Shown: in pieces, positions 27,329-41,239 of the stretch
How positions within the stretch are numbered: position 1 is the first letter of the stretch
How the letters are laid out: each line of letters opens with the position of its first letter
Source of the DNA: Pecten maximus
Taxonomy: Eukaryota
Assembly (NCBI RefSeq): GCF_902652985.1
Contig: NC_047020.1
Coordinates: 38,316,001 to 38,380,000 of the forward strand
Length of the DNA: 64,000 nucleotides
Direction of reading: 5' to 3'
Made by a program: the position numbers and the translations under genes
Notes under the pieces: generated by a model
What the model was told of the DNA's origin: nothing
Databases searched by the model: none
The model's input: the letters and a program-made list of their open reading frames with translations, nothing else

Positions 27329-29670
27329 CTGATATATATGTACATGTGCTAGTTATGCAATTAAATGTTCATGGTGTCCGGGATTACAAGGTATTTCCGT
27401 GGCTGCTATGAAATACCACGGGGATTTCATGTATTTACATCAAACATTTGTTTGCATATCTCTTTGTTTATTTATATATAATTAATTATACATGTAGTAC
27501 ATTAATTTGATTTTAGTTTGACAAATATACTTGCTTGTAAATCAGAAAAGTGATACAAGTGTCTTTGGATTTTTTTTTCGATACATGTATTTTTTGTTTT
27601 TAAACAGAAAGAAGCCAACTCTAGACTGCGTGTGCCTATTTTAATCACGATTTTCTTAATAAAGATATTACGTATCGGCACGGTCGAGCAGGTTTTGAAA
27701 CTCATCAAAACAAAGGCACTGACTGAGTTCCTTTGTACTGCACTGCAAATACCTTCCGGATTCCGATCTCTATATTTTTGGATTGGAATACCACATTCCA
27801 AATTTAGATACAGATACCAAAAATAGATTTTCATACTTGTGTGCCATCTGGGATGTTTATAAAGGATACTTTGAAATGTACAACGCTGATATGGCGAACA
27901 TAGCTGTAGAAAGCAGTGATGTAGAAGAATAATTCCTTCGGTATAACACAAGTCTAAATCTTTTCGTTCTTTTTTCCCTTCCATTTAAATTAGTCTCATT
28001 GTTTAATTCCAACATTGAATATATGATGGAAAAATAACCAATTTTACAAAATGAAAACGTGTTATTATGTGAAATCAACAGATTGCAAGAAAATAGTTCA
28101 TGGAGTTTTTGCATACTTACCTAAGTCAATATTCCTATAGACCTATTAACGTGAAGTCGCCATGTTGGATTTTTAGAGTCACCTGCCCCTTAATCGGTGT
28201 AACGACACTTCCGGTTTTTATAACTCGAAAATAGTAGATCCGAGAGCTAAGTGCAATGTTCAATCATTTAAAAATGTTTACATTGTTTCAATTGTGGGTG
28301 GTGAACAGGTATCTTTGCAGTGTTACGTACATATGCATTGTGTTTTACGAGTTGTATAAGCTACCTTTAGGGTCCGTGATTTTAGCTGGTGTGCCACGTG
28401 TTACTACATGTATGTAGCTTCCTGGAATATTTTCTTACGTGTATCAAAGCATGCTATATATATATATATATATCTGCCGACATTTGCCGATTGAAAATCT
28501 AATGGAAAGATGTGTGCATGTCTCTGGTTAATTCCAAATGAGTTACTGGAGAAATATTTTGATTTTACTGTACGATAATAACTACTAACTACTTTCTTAA
28601 TAAGAGGTATTTCTAGTCAAAAAGTTTTCAAATAAAGATCTTCAAAATCATAAAGAAAATCAGACATTTTTGCATTAAACATAATCTACAGTTGCAGAAG
28701 GAAGTATAAGATGTGATATATAAGGTTACCTTACAGAGTTCAACACTTATTTCCCTTGAGCCATAGAGCAGTTTATCTTGAGAAATCTATTATTTTGTCT
28801 TGTCTTATTATAAACATAATGTAATTAACATGAGTTATTATGAAATATTAAACAATATACACACTACACGTAACTAATGTGCTAACCCTTATTCCTTTGG
28901 CCCCTACACCAGACTTAGACATTCTGACAAACCTAACACACACATCTGTCAAAATGTTTAAGTCTGCTGTCATGGTGAGAGTAAACAAACTGTTATAGCG
29001 TATTCAACACAATAGCAAACACTATTCGATAAAAAAAATATATTAAACAAGATGTCCATCCTGTTAAAAGGGCACCTTTAAACATTTTCTAGTTTTTTTT
29101 GTGTTTGTTTGGTATTTCTTGTAGTTGAGTTTACATATAATTGTTTATGTACTTAACTCCATAATCGAATAAAGTTTATGTTACATGTGATTCGGTTTAT
29201 TGAATATGTAAATACAAAATAATAAAACCAGTAATGATAATTATCTTATTTTATGACATATACTGATGCAAGACACGGAATTGATAACAGTGCACATTTA
29301 AGTTTCGCTTTTCTAGTTGAGAATGGATTTTGACCAGATGATGTCAATCTGGTTTTTTTGTCACCACTTACAGTGCACAAGTGCTTTGTGGCTGATCGAT
29401 TTTTCTTTATTTGTAATAATTTTTCATATATGGAGATAAGTTCATTTAATTCATTTTGAATGTGTTAATGCCAGACAATTATCGGAAAACAAATCATATT
29501 GTGGTATTTTGTTTAAAGTTCTTCCAAGTAGTACTTTGACCCTCGGGAATGATTTTCTGTTTTTCCTTGGCATAGAACTAAGAAAGTTATGGTCTGTTGC
29601 TTCTCTTTTGAAGTTGAGAATGCTTATCCTTTCAGAGCTTAATTTTCATTTTCATTTTATTTACGTTATT

Positions 29671-29870
29671 AGGGGCCGCGGTGGCCGAGTGGTTAAGGTG
29701 TCCCGACTCTTTATCACTAGCTCTCCATCTCTGGGTTGCGAGCTCGAAACCTTCGTGGGGCAGTTGCCATGTACTGACTGTAGGCCGGTGGCTTTCCTCC
29801 ACCTCCAAACTTGGCACGTCCTTAAATGACCTTAGTTGTTAGTAGGACGTTAAACAAAATAAATCAAAAT
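29671..29870 (+). mobile_element. tRNA-derived V-type SINE with internal deletion
   Basis: A-box GGTGGCCGAGTGG, B-box-like GCTCGAAACC and tail GGACGTTAAACAAAATAAA; four copies of this family in the window. Confidence 0.85.
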
Positions 29871-31626
29871 TTACTTTAGTGGTGAAGGTTTGTTCTCTTT
29901 AGTACAGACATTGCGATCTACTTCCGTCCCATAAGTTTGACTGAGATGTCTGGGTGGTGCATATCATGAGCCTAAGGTCTTTTTGGTCAAGATCAAGTCA
30001 ATTGTGAATATCTTAAAAAATAGTTAACATTTTGGTATGACATTATGAAGCACAGTTGCTTGGAATCTGGTCGAAACATAAAACAAATCATAGGAGGTTG
30101 TTTTGTTTTTTACTTCAACATAGATCTTCTAATCCCCATGAACAATACGTTGGACTTCCTACAGAGCAGTTGGCTGGTTTTCCCAAATCACAGCTGTTCC
30201 AATACGAAAGAAGTTGGATTAGAGCCATTCCAGACATTTCTCCATTGAAATACCTTGACATAATTAAAAATATTTTCACATATATTTTCTTCATATTTGG
30301 TATGTGTTTTTGGAGCATCCTCTGAAGTTCGCCTTGTTAAACGTTTATATAGGTTAAAATTGTATGTCCATTTGTATGCTCAATGATAACGGCTTTGAAT
30401 CAGTCATCGAGTTTAAAATGTTTCAGATATTTAGCTTGCAAATCCAAAGTATGACGATTAAGTAATGTCATAATTGGCCCAGTTAATGTTCACATCAATG
30501 AAATATTAGCAAAAATTGTTCATGAAATATAACTATTAGCTTAATTTTATATCGGTAATATGATTATTACATATACTCTAAATGGTCAGACACATAGTGG
30601 GGCGCAATGTTCTAGTTACTTATAATAAATAGAGACTAGCACAACAAATTACCTAATCAGATATATCAGATAGTTATATACGTCTCTGTTTCATTTTCTC
30701 TTAACACAATAACACCATGAAAAAGATCTGGTGAGTAATTCAAGGGTGGGGTGGGGCGGGGTTGGGCATTTCACTTTACATGTGAGTGGGCATGGTAAAG
30801 TGAAGTACATGTATTTTACTATTTTCTGTTAAATTTACTTTTTTCAACATTTTTTTAAAAGATTTTCATTCCTCTAAATACAATAACTTTAAAAAAATGT
30901 CAAGGGTGAGGAAATTTAGGGTGGGGCGCGACGCTTCACTTTACCATGGCCATGGTTAATCCAAGCTGTCATATTGACAATGCATGTATATGAATTGATA
31001 AAAAAAATACTCACCTCACTAAAACTCATATACATGTACATTAAAAACTCATGTTATAACACACGTGTGTGACCCATTATACATCTTGTTTACTCGACTA
31101 TGTCTTGTTGATAAAGAATAAAGGCTGGTCTGGCAAAATTATGAATGACATTTGATAATCAAAAATATGACAATCATTGTTTTGTTATCTAAAAACTTTA
31201 AAAATATCAATTTAATCGTGAAACAGAACATATATGCCTACCTGTCTATTTTGTTATCACACAATAGTGCAGTTCGTCACGACCTGTCTTACTAACCCAC
31301 TAACCTGTGTTTACCACTAATCTATACGTGTAAACAACGCTTGTCTTTTAAAGAACGTATAACAGTTGTTAGCATTTTATTTTAGACGTAATTTTATTTA
31401 ATCCCTTTATTTACAATGTAGATATATTGTTCTATTTGAGAGTCCCCATTTGTCATGCTGGTGTACTTGGATTTTGGCCCAACGTCTGGGTCAGTATGTC
31501 CAGTATATACTAAACACGGACTGAACGGAAATGGTGTCAGAATCCAAAATACTTTAACAATAACATGACTACCAAGTAGAATAAAAGTTTCATTAGTCTG
31601 TCCTATTTTTTCCCCAGTTAAACATT

Positions 31627-32550
31627 TTTCTACCGCAATACCCTGTGTTATTCAACTCTCAGACCATCAGTTAATCATTACAGCCGTTAATTAACCATCT
31701 GTTTATACCACACGTGGTATAAACTCTGTACACATTTTGATTGGGTAACAAGGTGAACTTTGACCCAAGCTGCAATTGTTATTGACGTCATCAATAATCG
31801 AATGACGTCACATCACCGGGTCCCGGACGTCACCGGTACACTTTATTTGCATACGCGAAATTATACTTGGCCACGTTTCCTTTTGATTCAAGCCGATATT
31901 ATTGTGGTAGAAACAGGTCACACGACTCGAAATTGTTGGATATGGAATTTATTTCACACTCGTAAGTTATTTTTTAAAACTTGCAAAAAACACTCGCTAA
32001 AGCTCGTGTCTTTTGTAACTTTTAAAAAATAACTTACTCGTGTGAAATAAATTCCATATCCAACAACCACTCGTTGTGTAACCTCTATTTCTACCACAAT
32101 ACCCTGTGTTATTCAACTCTCAGACCATCAGTTAATCATTACAGCTGTTGATTAACAATCTGTTCATACCACACGTGGTATAAACTCTGTACGCATTTTG
32201 ATTGGCTAACACGGTGAAATTTGACCCAAGCTGCAATTGTTATTGACGTCATCAATAATCGAATGACGTCACATCACCGGGTCTCGGGCGTCACCAGTAC
32301 ACTTTATTTGCATACGCGAAGTTATACTTGGCCACGTTTCCCTTTGATTCAAGCCGATATTATTGTGGTAGAAACAGGTCACACGAATCGTGATTGTTGG
32401 ATATATGGAATTTATTTCACACTTGTAAGTTATTTTTTTAAAGTTGCAAAAAACACTCGCTAAAGCTCGTGTCTTTTGTAACTTTTAAAAAATAACTTAC
32501 TCCTGTGAAATAAATTCGATATCCAACAACCACTCGTTGTGTAACCTCTA
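31627..32550. mobile_element. Head-to-tail dimer of a 461-bp palindromic non-autonomous element (Crypton-N-like)
   Basis: Copies at 31627-32087 and 32088-32550. Each has a TTTCTACC(A/G)CAATA/TATTGTGGTAGAAA inverted pair and a long hairpin GTTGGATATGGAATTTATTTCACAC...GTGTGAAATAAATTCCATATCCAAC. Confidence 0.75.
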
Positions 32551-32649
32551 TATATATAAAGGGAGAGGTAAGAAAAAGACTGCAGTCAAACATTCAAAGC
32601 AAATGAAAGGAAATTTCCATTTGAATATTTTCTATAATAAGACATTACA

Positions 32650-32905
32650 CCACTCTCAGAAAATACCATAACCCCAATATATTACCATAGCCCACAGAAA
32701 CTAGCATAACCCAATATACCACCATAACATTCAGAAACTGTTATAGCCCACACAAACTACAATAACCCCAATATACTACCATAGCCCATACAAACCACAG
32801 TAAACCCCTGAAACTACTATAATCACAATATACTACCATAACCCCGCGAAAATACCATAACCCACAAATACTTCAATAATCCTCAGAAACTACCATAACC
32901 CTAGA
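32650..32905. repeat. Degenerate tandem repeat of about 20 bp (TACCATAACCC core)
   Basis: About a dozen diverged ACTACCATAACCC-like units. Confidence 0.7.
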
Positions 32906-33152
32906 CACTATGACACACCCTAAACCTCAAATACACGCAATAAAAATAATTCAATCATCCACCGAAATAATTGCAAACGGTATGTACTACAAATAGTAAC
33001 GGTACATATAGTGGATGATTTCACACTGTTAAACCAAATCCATGTATTACTGAGACAATAATATTGGTATCACCTGAACCTACATCCAACAATCGTGTTC
33101 CTAAACTAAACTATGAATGTAATTAACAAAACGTTTCCGAGTACTCCTTGTC

Positions 33153-33294
33153 NNNNNNNNNNNNNNNNNNNNNNNNNNNNNNNNNNNNNNNNNNNNNNNN
33201 NNNNNNNNNNNNNNNNNNNNNNNNNNNNNNNNNNNNNNNNNNNNNNNNNNNNNNNNNNNNNNNNNNNNNNNNNNNNNNNNNNNNNNNNNNNNNN
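33153..33294. other. Assembly gap (N run)
   Basis: N bases. Confidence 1.
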
Positions 33295-34115
33295 AACAAA
33301 AAATTTAATCCGAAAGCAATTAAGGTCATATTTATGTCGATTTACAAAAGTAAATAAAACGACTGATAATCCCCACTAATACACACATACTATTTAAAAG
33401 ATGTGTTACAACACACAGACGTCCGTGTGTGACTTTTATCACAATATGTTTACTCACACGTGTCCAGTTGATAAACACTTATCAAGAAAAATTGTGAATG
33501 ACATACCATCATCTCAAACATGACGATCAAGTTTGCCAACATTTTTTTTAAAAATATTAATAACGAACGCACTTGACTTTAAAAATAACCATAACCCATT
33601 TAACTTGTTTTGATTTCAGTTTGAATTTATTTGTTCTCAAAGATTTATAAAACAGGACATGTAAGCCTACCTGTCTATCTTGACGTAAATACAATAAGGC
33701 AATGCGACACGGTAACACATGTCATAGCAACCCTGTTATCTCTGTTAGGTCAACTCGTGTATATAAAGCTGATATCGTTTTTGTATAGAGCTACCGATCG
33801 ACCTAAAGAGGAGATCTCTCTAGCAGAGCGCTATATTACGTCTAGTATTTACCAGGGCTACACATACATAACAAATGTTTAAAATATCACTTTTCTATTA
33901 ATGATATGATTACAAAAAATACATTTTTTTCTGGTAATATTTCAAATTATCTTTTTATGATTTTATGTTCCGTTTGGTATGCTGTCTTTTAAAATACGAA
34001 AATACTGTTCCAGTTTTGAAACTATGAACTATAAAAGCCGTTTCCCTTTCTAAGCTTATCTGACAAGTCAAGAAGAAAATGCAGAAATAATTAAACCTGA
34101 AAACAGTACCATATA

Positions 34116-34915
34116 TGTCACGGTGGTCAAACTTTAATAATAGTCTGACCAACGCCTGTAAATGTAAGGTGTATATAGATACTTGCGCTATGTATCATGT
34201 ATAATGTTTGTACAAGTCCCTGTGTCATATAATGTCCTATATACCTGTGTATATAGTTGTTATGGTGAGAGGTGAGCGCAAGGAATTGGTTGAGTGTGTC
34301 ACTTTGACCCTGCATTACCCTATATCCGTGCACGTGGAAAACCTTACCGGGGCCTTGCCCAGGTGAGTGCAGCCACAACGCCTATAGACCCTGCACCATA
34401 CACACGTCCAGTATAAGCCTGTGTGCTTTACGGCCACAGTGCTTCAAGGTAAGTTTATTTAACTTAAAATAATATAAATACATTATTTAATATGTTTTAG
34501 CTATTAGATATAGATAAAATGCATTTAACTAATATTTGATATCTTGCCCGTAATATGTTAAAATATTTAACATATGACATACACGTGGTCGGGCTCCATA
34601 GGGTCAAAGCTAGTGTAAAGATAATGTATTATAATTGTTAATTGTAAAAGGGTAACTATGAAATAAAATATAATATAATATAAACATATAAAATATACCT
34701 AAGTGAATATTTAATGCGTTCAGTATTAAATAATGTAATTGTCGGAATCGTTTACACGTGTCCATATGTATTCTAGGTATTGTTCTTTTTATTTCAGGTC
34801 ACTGTCTCCGTGTCTGTGTTCATGTTCAATAAACTGTGTTTCATTTGAAAAAAACATTGTTTGTGCATAATTACAAGAAATACCCACATATTCATACTAA
34901 AATACTCGTGTGACA
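34116..34915 (+). mobile_element. Solo LTR (Gypsy-like), 800 bp
   Basis: TGTCAC...GTGACA termini, 4-bp TATA duplication on both sides (34112-34115 and 34916-34919), AATAAA at about 34828, and an internal gtaagt...tttcag intron-like segment. Confidence 0.65.
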
Positions 34916-35536
34916 TATATACAGGTATATTTGTTATTCAAAAAGCACAAACAACTATTCTTGTTAATAATGATAGGATATGATTATGATTAAATTAAGA
35001 ACATATTGTTTCTATTTTATTGAAAATCGCTAAATTATACCCTGAATGATACTTTACGAGCACGGACTTAGATATTTGTAAGGCCGAGATTAGGTAAATT
35101 GCCCAATTCTCGAATGTGACTAGTGCTCGAAGTCGAAAACGCTTTTCATTTTCGATTCTCATCCCGCATATCGACCGACTCTTCCGTTCCTATGATTATA
35201 GAGATTTTTTCTATCGGCGATGATTTTGCTCTGGAACAAGCAATCGCTCACTGTAAGCAAAATCTGAGCAGATGAATGGGAACAGCAGGTCATAAATAGC
35301 ATCTAAGTATACATCGTTGGCTGAATTGAAAGTAGAAACTTTCGAATAATTGTTATTGTGAAATATGTATAGAAATATTTCAAATACAAAAGGGGAAAAC
35401 ACTTCCCATGTATATTTCAAAAGATTTTGGGGAAATAAACAATTCAAATCACATACAGATAGTCGTGTGTATCTGAGCAGATAAGTCAGAAAGGCAGGTC
35501 ATAAATCGTGTCTAAGTAAGCAACGTTTCTCCCCTT

Positions 35537-37016
35537 TTAAGATTGAGGCAATAAATTCCTTTTGATTAATTGAACATCTGTCAGTAGTTGCTTCATATTT
35601 TGTTCTAAGTATACTTGTGAACTGACCATAAAATCCTGCACTTTAGATGGTTTCCAAATATTGTTTGACGGTCTGCAACACGCTCCGTAACATTGGCTGC
35701 AGATTTGTCCTTGCTCTTGTACATTGTTGGAAGGTGTTGGTATCTGATGTGGTTCCTCCGCTTCTGTGTGATGCTTTAGTTTTGATTCTAAGAAATCAGC
35801 CAGGTTATGTAACTGTTCACTCTGATCTGTCGATTCCTTTTGTATAGTTTTTACACTTTCTAGAGTTGTTTCTGTCGTATTCTGCAAATAATGATCAAAT
35901 ATTATCAACAGAAATAGAAATGGCGAAACTGATTTTTTTAATTCAATTAAATCTTTGAAATGTTAAAACCTTATTTAAAATAATGAATTATGTATTAATA
36001 ACGCAATGATATTTTGATTGAAAATTAAAGATCAATTCAATTTTAATGCAGTTGTTGATTTTTCTTAATCTGATTTTAATTTTCATATGTTTTCTACATA
36101 TATCTCAATCGTGTATTTTTTTTCTCACCTTGATATCTTCATACTTTTCGCACAGACTATCCAGTATAGTGCACACGTATTTCAAATTCTGCTTGACATC
36201 CTCGTTCCCAGTTCCTATATGAATGTCCCTGCATCCTGCCATGTTTACATATAGAGGATTTTGAGCAATATTGCCAATTATTTGAGCCACTTCATTCAGT
36301 GTTTCAATAGTGTTGTGCTGGCTAGTTAAGACCTCTTTTTCTCTCATTGAGATTTCATCTTCTTTCCGAGAAAGTTCCAATTCCCTCCTTGATATTTCCT
36401 TCAACTTTTCTTCCAGTTCAGATCTAGATTCCTCTGTCTCTAAATGACATGTTACACGAGGTTGTGTTTTGATATCCTCTTCCAGCGGACTGTTACTTTT
36501 AACATTGATAACTCGAGGTGATACGTTATAAGCCGTAGCGTCTATATCGGCCGATCTATCTGAATGTTTAGCTACCATCAAATTTCGCCCTGGAAGATCA
36601 CAGTTGTCATCTCCAGTTGTCTCTCTGAAGACTGTTCTTATGTCATCATTTGCAATGTCTTCGTCAAAGTCAGTTCTGCTAGCACGCGAACCGTCTCTGT
36701 TCATGATAGCATTGGCATTGTCGCCTGGTGTTGAATGAGAGAACTGTTTTGGTTTCGTCTTTTTAAATAAATTGCTAAGTCGTTTGAAGATAGAAGAATC
36801 ATTTTGCATTCTTTCTCCGGTGTTTTCTTCAGTTCTGATTTGACTGTGACGCTTTTGAAGTGTTTTAAGCCGTTTTTTCTTTGTCTTCTTTTTAACGCTT
36901 GGTATCTGCTTCCTAAAGACATCACTGCTGGTATCACCACTAATACAGGAAAATGAACTAATGGACGAGTTGAGCGATGTTTTTCCCTTTCGTATGCTGG
37001 ATATACTCTCAGCCAT
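35537..37016 (-). CDS. Cluster paralog C: coiled-coil plus RHIM-like motif protein; join(36129..37016,35537..35881), 410 aa
   Basis: 5'UTR acceptor tttgtttcag 18 nt upstream of the ATG. Donor AAG|gtgag at 36128 and acceptor ttgcag|AAT at 35882 (247-bp phase-0 intron). Motif YVNMAGCRDIHIG. Confidence 0.88.
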
Positions 37017-40000
37017 TTTACTGTTGTATAATTACTGAAACAAAAATCGTTAACTATTTTATTTTTTAATGATTTCATATGCATAGTTATAATTGCTTAT
37101 GATTGTAAATGCAAGTGTGGTCTTTTTGTTTACATTCAACCAATCTTAATGAAAACAATGTATCGTGGAATGTTCCTGCCATCATATCATTATGGCGTAG
37201 TTGATCTTAGGAACAGCTTTTAGGTTAATAGTACATTTAGATTTGAATTTAGTTATAAATCAAATATCTGCTGAAAAATAAAAATAGAGTATATTAAATT
37301 TGTTTTGCTCTTCTTTGACTCATCTCTGATGCCATAAGTCAAAAGAGTGGAAATTAAGAAAAGGTGAGAGGAATTGGATTTAGTAGCTTATAATACTTTT
37401 AAAGTATAAGCAAGGTACGAAGTGCCATTACCTCTTTTTTGACAATATAGATATTGGGCACATAGGCGAATAGTACATTTAGATATGAATTAAGTAATAG
37501 ATACAATATATACTGAAAAAATAAAATAGGACGTATCATACATCTATGTTATTCTTCTACGACACATCGGAAGATATTAAGAAGGTCCATGATATTGGCT
37601 CAGATGTTAATATATAAGATACGTACAAAGTGCCAAAACTTCTTAATTTTAACAATGTAGTCAACTTTGGATATGAGATATTTTAAAAGAACTATGTGCT
37701 GATTCCTAAACAGTGTCACTACTCAATCATGCGTGGTGTACATGGTAACAACAAAGTCTACCAGCAGAGCTTATCATCAAGCAACTTGAAAGAACTGTGA
37801 AAACCACACAGTGAAAACAACATCTGGGACTAAGTCAATCACCATTTGTAACGTTTTTGTCGTCTGGTTTGAATTCATATAGAATAGCGCGTCACTTTTT
37901 CTGTACTCTCGTAGCTAATTTACTAGCCGGCACTTCTATGTTTCGCTTAGTGTAGCTAAATGAGGACTACCTTAATGGATCGCAGGGGCCTGTAGTGTAG
38001 TGTACGTTAAAGCATAGTCATATATATATACTGCAAATAATAGTTTGTCTTATATTTCCACTATTTTAGGTCTAATATATCTGAAGAAAAAGGAACACTC
38101 TTTTTTTCCCTTTTTTTTTTTTTTTTTTTTAAACTTTTCACTACTCAACAAAGCTTTTCTTATGCCGTGATTCTTACATTCCTAATACAAGTATTGTAGG
38201 ATGCTTTATGTCGAGGTCCTTAATTAGACTTTCAAGCGTTTCAAGCACATCGATGGGTCATTTCCGTTTCCGTTTATAAGTAACATGTGTTTATATTTTG
38301 TGTGTGTATACATATACATTTGTATATGAAAGTCGTTCTGTTCTGTCTGTCATGTTGTTGTCTCACATGTGTGCTCAGCTGTTGTTTTTGTATCCTGTCA
38401 GAAGAATCTCTTAATAACCGGATGATCGACCAGTCCCTCCATATCCCCTCTTTCTACATCGATAAAGTTTTCTGGACTACGGTAACTTTCGACCGCAGGC
38501 AATTTTCTAAGCATTAAGTTATTGGTTCAGAAATATGTCATAACTTTTATTACTCTAACTTTCGACTAATCCATAGAAGTAGTTATTTAAGGAAAATGCA
38601 TTATTTTCTGGTTTCACTTATTATACTACATTGTATTGTCTTAAACATTTCTAATATCGAGGAAAGTTACGCAGACACCTACACTTACGCTGACACGTAC
38701 AGGCTTTGGGGGCCACCTGCCAACATTACTGATTCAGTTTTTATTTATTTTTTTAATTTTCATTAATTTCATTATTATTTGTTTTATTTTGTTTAATTTA
38801 TTTAAGCGTACAATGAGATGATTCTTCGATTGCTTCCTATATGGAATTAGCATCCCGGGAAGGTGAAGAGGGGACACGGGATATGATCTTTCCATGTTTA
38901 AACAATTTGAGAAGAAAATAGTTATGGTTATTTTAGCATTGGGGCTTGGGCACGAATTCTGATTCCATGGTCATCCATATACATGTATTATAGATATAAT
39001 CAATATTGTACAAACAAATATGAGTATTAGACGTTCTTTGGGGATTCTGACATAAGATATACATGCACAATTATTACAATGAATTCGTACATTTGTAATA
39101 TGTATTTTTGATAGTATTTATGAAATTCGTGTCAAGCCCTTGTGTGTTATACAAATATTTTCTAGCTACATTTGTAGCAGAATAACTTGACTTGAACCCG
39201 GGATCTTACATTATTCACGTGTATAGCCACATAACAAAATATTTTGAGACGGCCCCTGTCTCTGTCGGTGTCCGCGTAGGTGGGTGCATAATTGACAGCT
39301 ATATTAGAAATGTCTTATGACATTGAGAGTAATCATGGACTATTCGGAATACAAACTTTGTGTATCCGAATCTACCATCTCTTTGAAATTAAATCTTGAT
39401 TGAAGCTGAGCTAAAAATAATTATATTGTTTGTATAACTGTATCTTACCTTAATCCCTCATATCTGATATTGACAGTCAATAGCAACCATTTAATGTCGC
39501 TCCTAATAGGAAAGATATAACAACTGGTCCGGGTGTTAGGGTTTTAGTCCATTATAAATATACTGTTGTAATGAAAAGAAAATGGATTTGGAAAGAAAGT
39601 GATAATGTTGAATTACTCTGGTTAGAGGTTTTAACAAATAACCATAAATTCTCATTAGCTGTATCTATAGACCAGATAGCAATATGAGTTACTTGGAAAA
39701 GCTAGATGACACATTAACTAGAGCTACTGATAATTCAATAAATGGTATTTACAGGCGATATCAATGTTAATATGCTTGTTTTACCACTAATTTAATCATA
39801 ATATGCTTGTTTTACCACTAATTTAATCATCTATCAAGTTTTACAAAATAAAAACGTGTTATTTCACATCAAAACGAAATCAACAGTTGACAAGTAGATT
39901 CTGTATACTTACTTTCACTAAACAAGTACTTCTACACACTCTTCTGTTATGTCATATAAAACAGTACAGATATACATGCAGTATCATCGGTGCGCATGTG

Positions 40001-40138
40001 TAAGAAACAATGTTATAAATACTTTGGCAGGTTGCCAATATGGTGAAGTACTGACTTCCACTGTTGACAGACTCAAACTTTCAGCGTGTTTAGACTTAAT
40101 ATTTGTAAATGCTCCTTTTCTTTTGCTTTTCTGTCAGG

Positions 40139-40361
40139 CTTGGTTTGGTATTATTTTGTTTAACGTCCTTAAAACAGCCAAGGTCATTTAAGGTCATGCC
40201 TGGTTTTGGAAGAGGAGGAAAGCCGGGTTACCCGGGGAACAAACACCGACCTACGTTCAGAACCTGGCAACTGCCCCAAGTGAGTTTCGAACTCGCAACT
40301 CGAGGTGCAGAGCTTGTGATAAAGTGTCGGGACACCTTAACAACTTGGCTACCGCAGCCCC
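40139..40361 (-). mobile_element. tRNA-derived V-type SINE
   Basis: Reverse complement of the 29671 family, including the V core CCCCGGGTAACCCGGCTTTCCTCC. Confidence 0.85.
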
Positions 40362-41046
40362 TAGTAAATAAATTAATAAAAGTGTAGCATTGATAATGCT
40401 ATTCAAATTGCAATCTGAGCTCTAAACATTTCCCTGTAGACGCTATATCTTCCTATTGTAATAGATATATAAATAAGATATGTAACGTAAAGGAAATAAG
40501 GCCTAATAGTAATTTTAAAATTTAGAATTGATTTTTTTTTCCACGTTGATGCGTTCCGTAAAAAACCCCAATAAAATGCGTTCATGATGTTTATGATATG
40601 TGTGATTAGAATACTGTGTTTAATATGGGTGTCAGTTGTCATTATATATAAATAAATCATGAACAAGTCCTCGTTAAATTATTGATGATGCATGACAATA
40701 TTCCATCAGATTTATCATTACGCACCTTTCTATCTCATCATCATTCCCTATGATACAAAAGTAATTGTCGAGTTTAGGATTATCTAATATTATCGATAAC
40801 ATTATAATAACAACAAGAAAATCCTACATCATAATAATTCTGTCCTTTTGTTTGTTTTCAATATATATTATTCTACCATTATAACTATTCTAATCATGCT
40901 TTCGATTTGACAATTTCCTAGGCATTGCGGGTGCTGAAAAAAGACCGGTTCTAGATGTTACGTTACACTTCGTGTCACTAGCATGGTTACCATGTAAACA
41001 TTCCCTAATACATGATATACCACGTGTGCGCACCGGTATATAAGGT

Positions 41047-41239
41047 CGGGGACACGGCAGCCGAGTGGCTACGGTGTCCCGACAATTTATCACTAGCCCT
41101 CCACCTCTGGCTACGAGTTCAAAACCTGCGTTGGGAAGTTGCCTGGTACTGACCGTAGGCCGGTGGTTTTTCTCCGGGTATGGCACGTCCTTTAATGACC
41201 CTGGCTGTTAATAGGACGTTAAACAAAATAAACCAAACC
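41047..41239 (+). mobile_element. tRNA-derived V-type SINE with target-site duplication
   Basis: A/B boxes; flanked by CC(G/A)GTATATAAGGT at 41033-41046 and 41240-41253. Confidence 0.9.

Noticed and set aside
28110-28220. Promoter or first exon (YY1-like AACATGGCG, ETS CCGGAAGTG, donor gtaagt) for gene B
   Set aside because: Such motifs are common inside bivalve DNA-transposon remnants and there is no counterpart upstream of C; unsupported without transcript data
29671-29760. tRNA gene (also at 40139-40361, 41047-41239 and 43054-43262)
   Set aside because: A/B boxes are present but there is no convincing cloverleaf, and a shared body, tail and TSD follow; these are SINE heads
33113-33379. 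ORFs spanning N runs (also 62077-62625)
   Set aside because: Artefacts of assembly gaps
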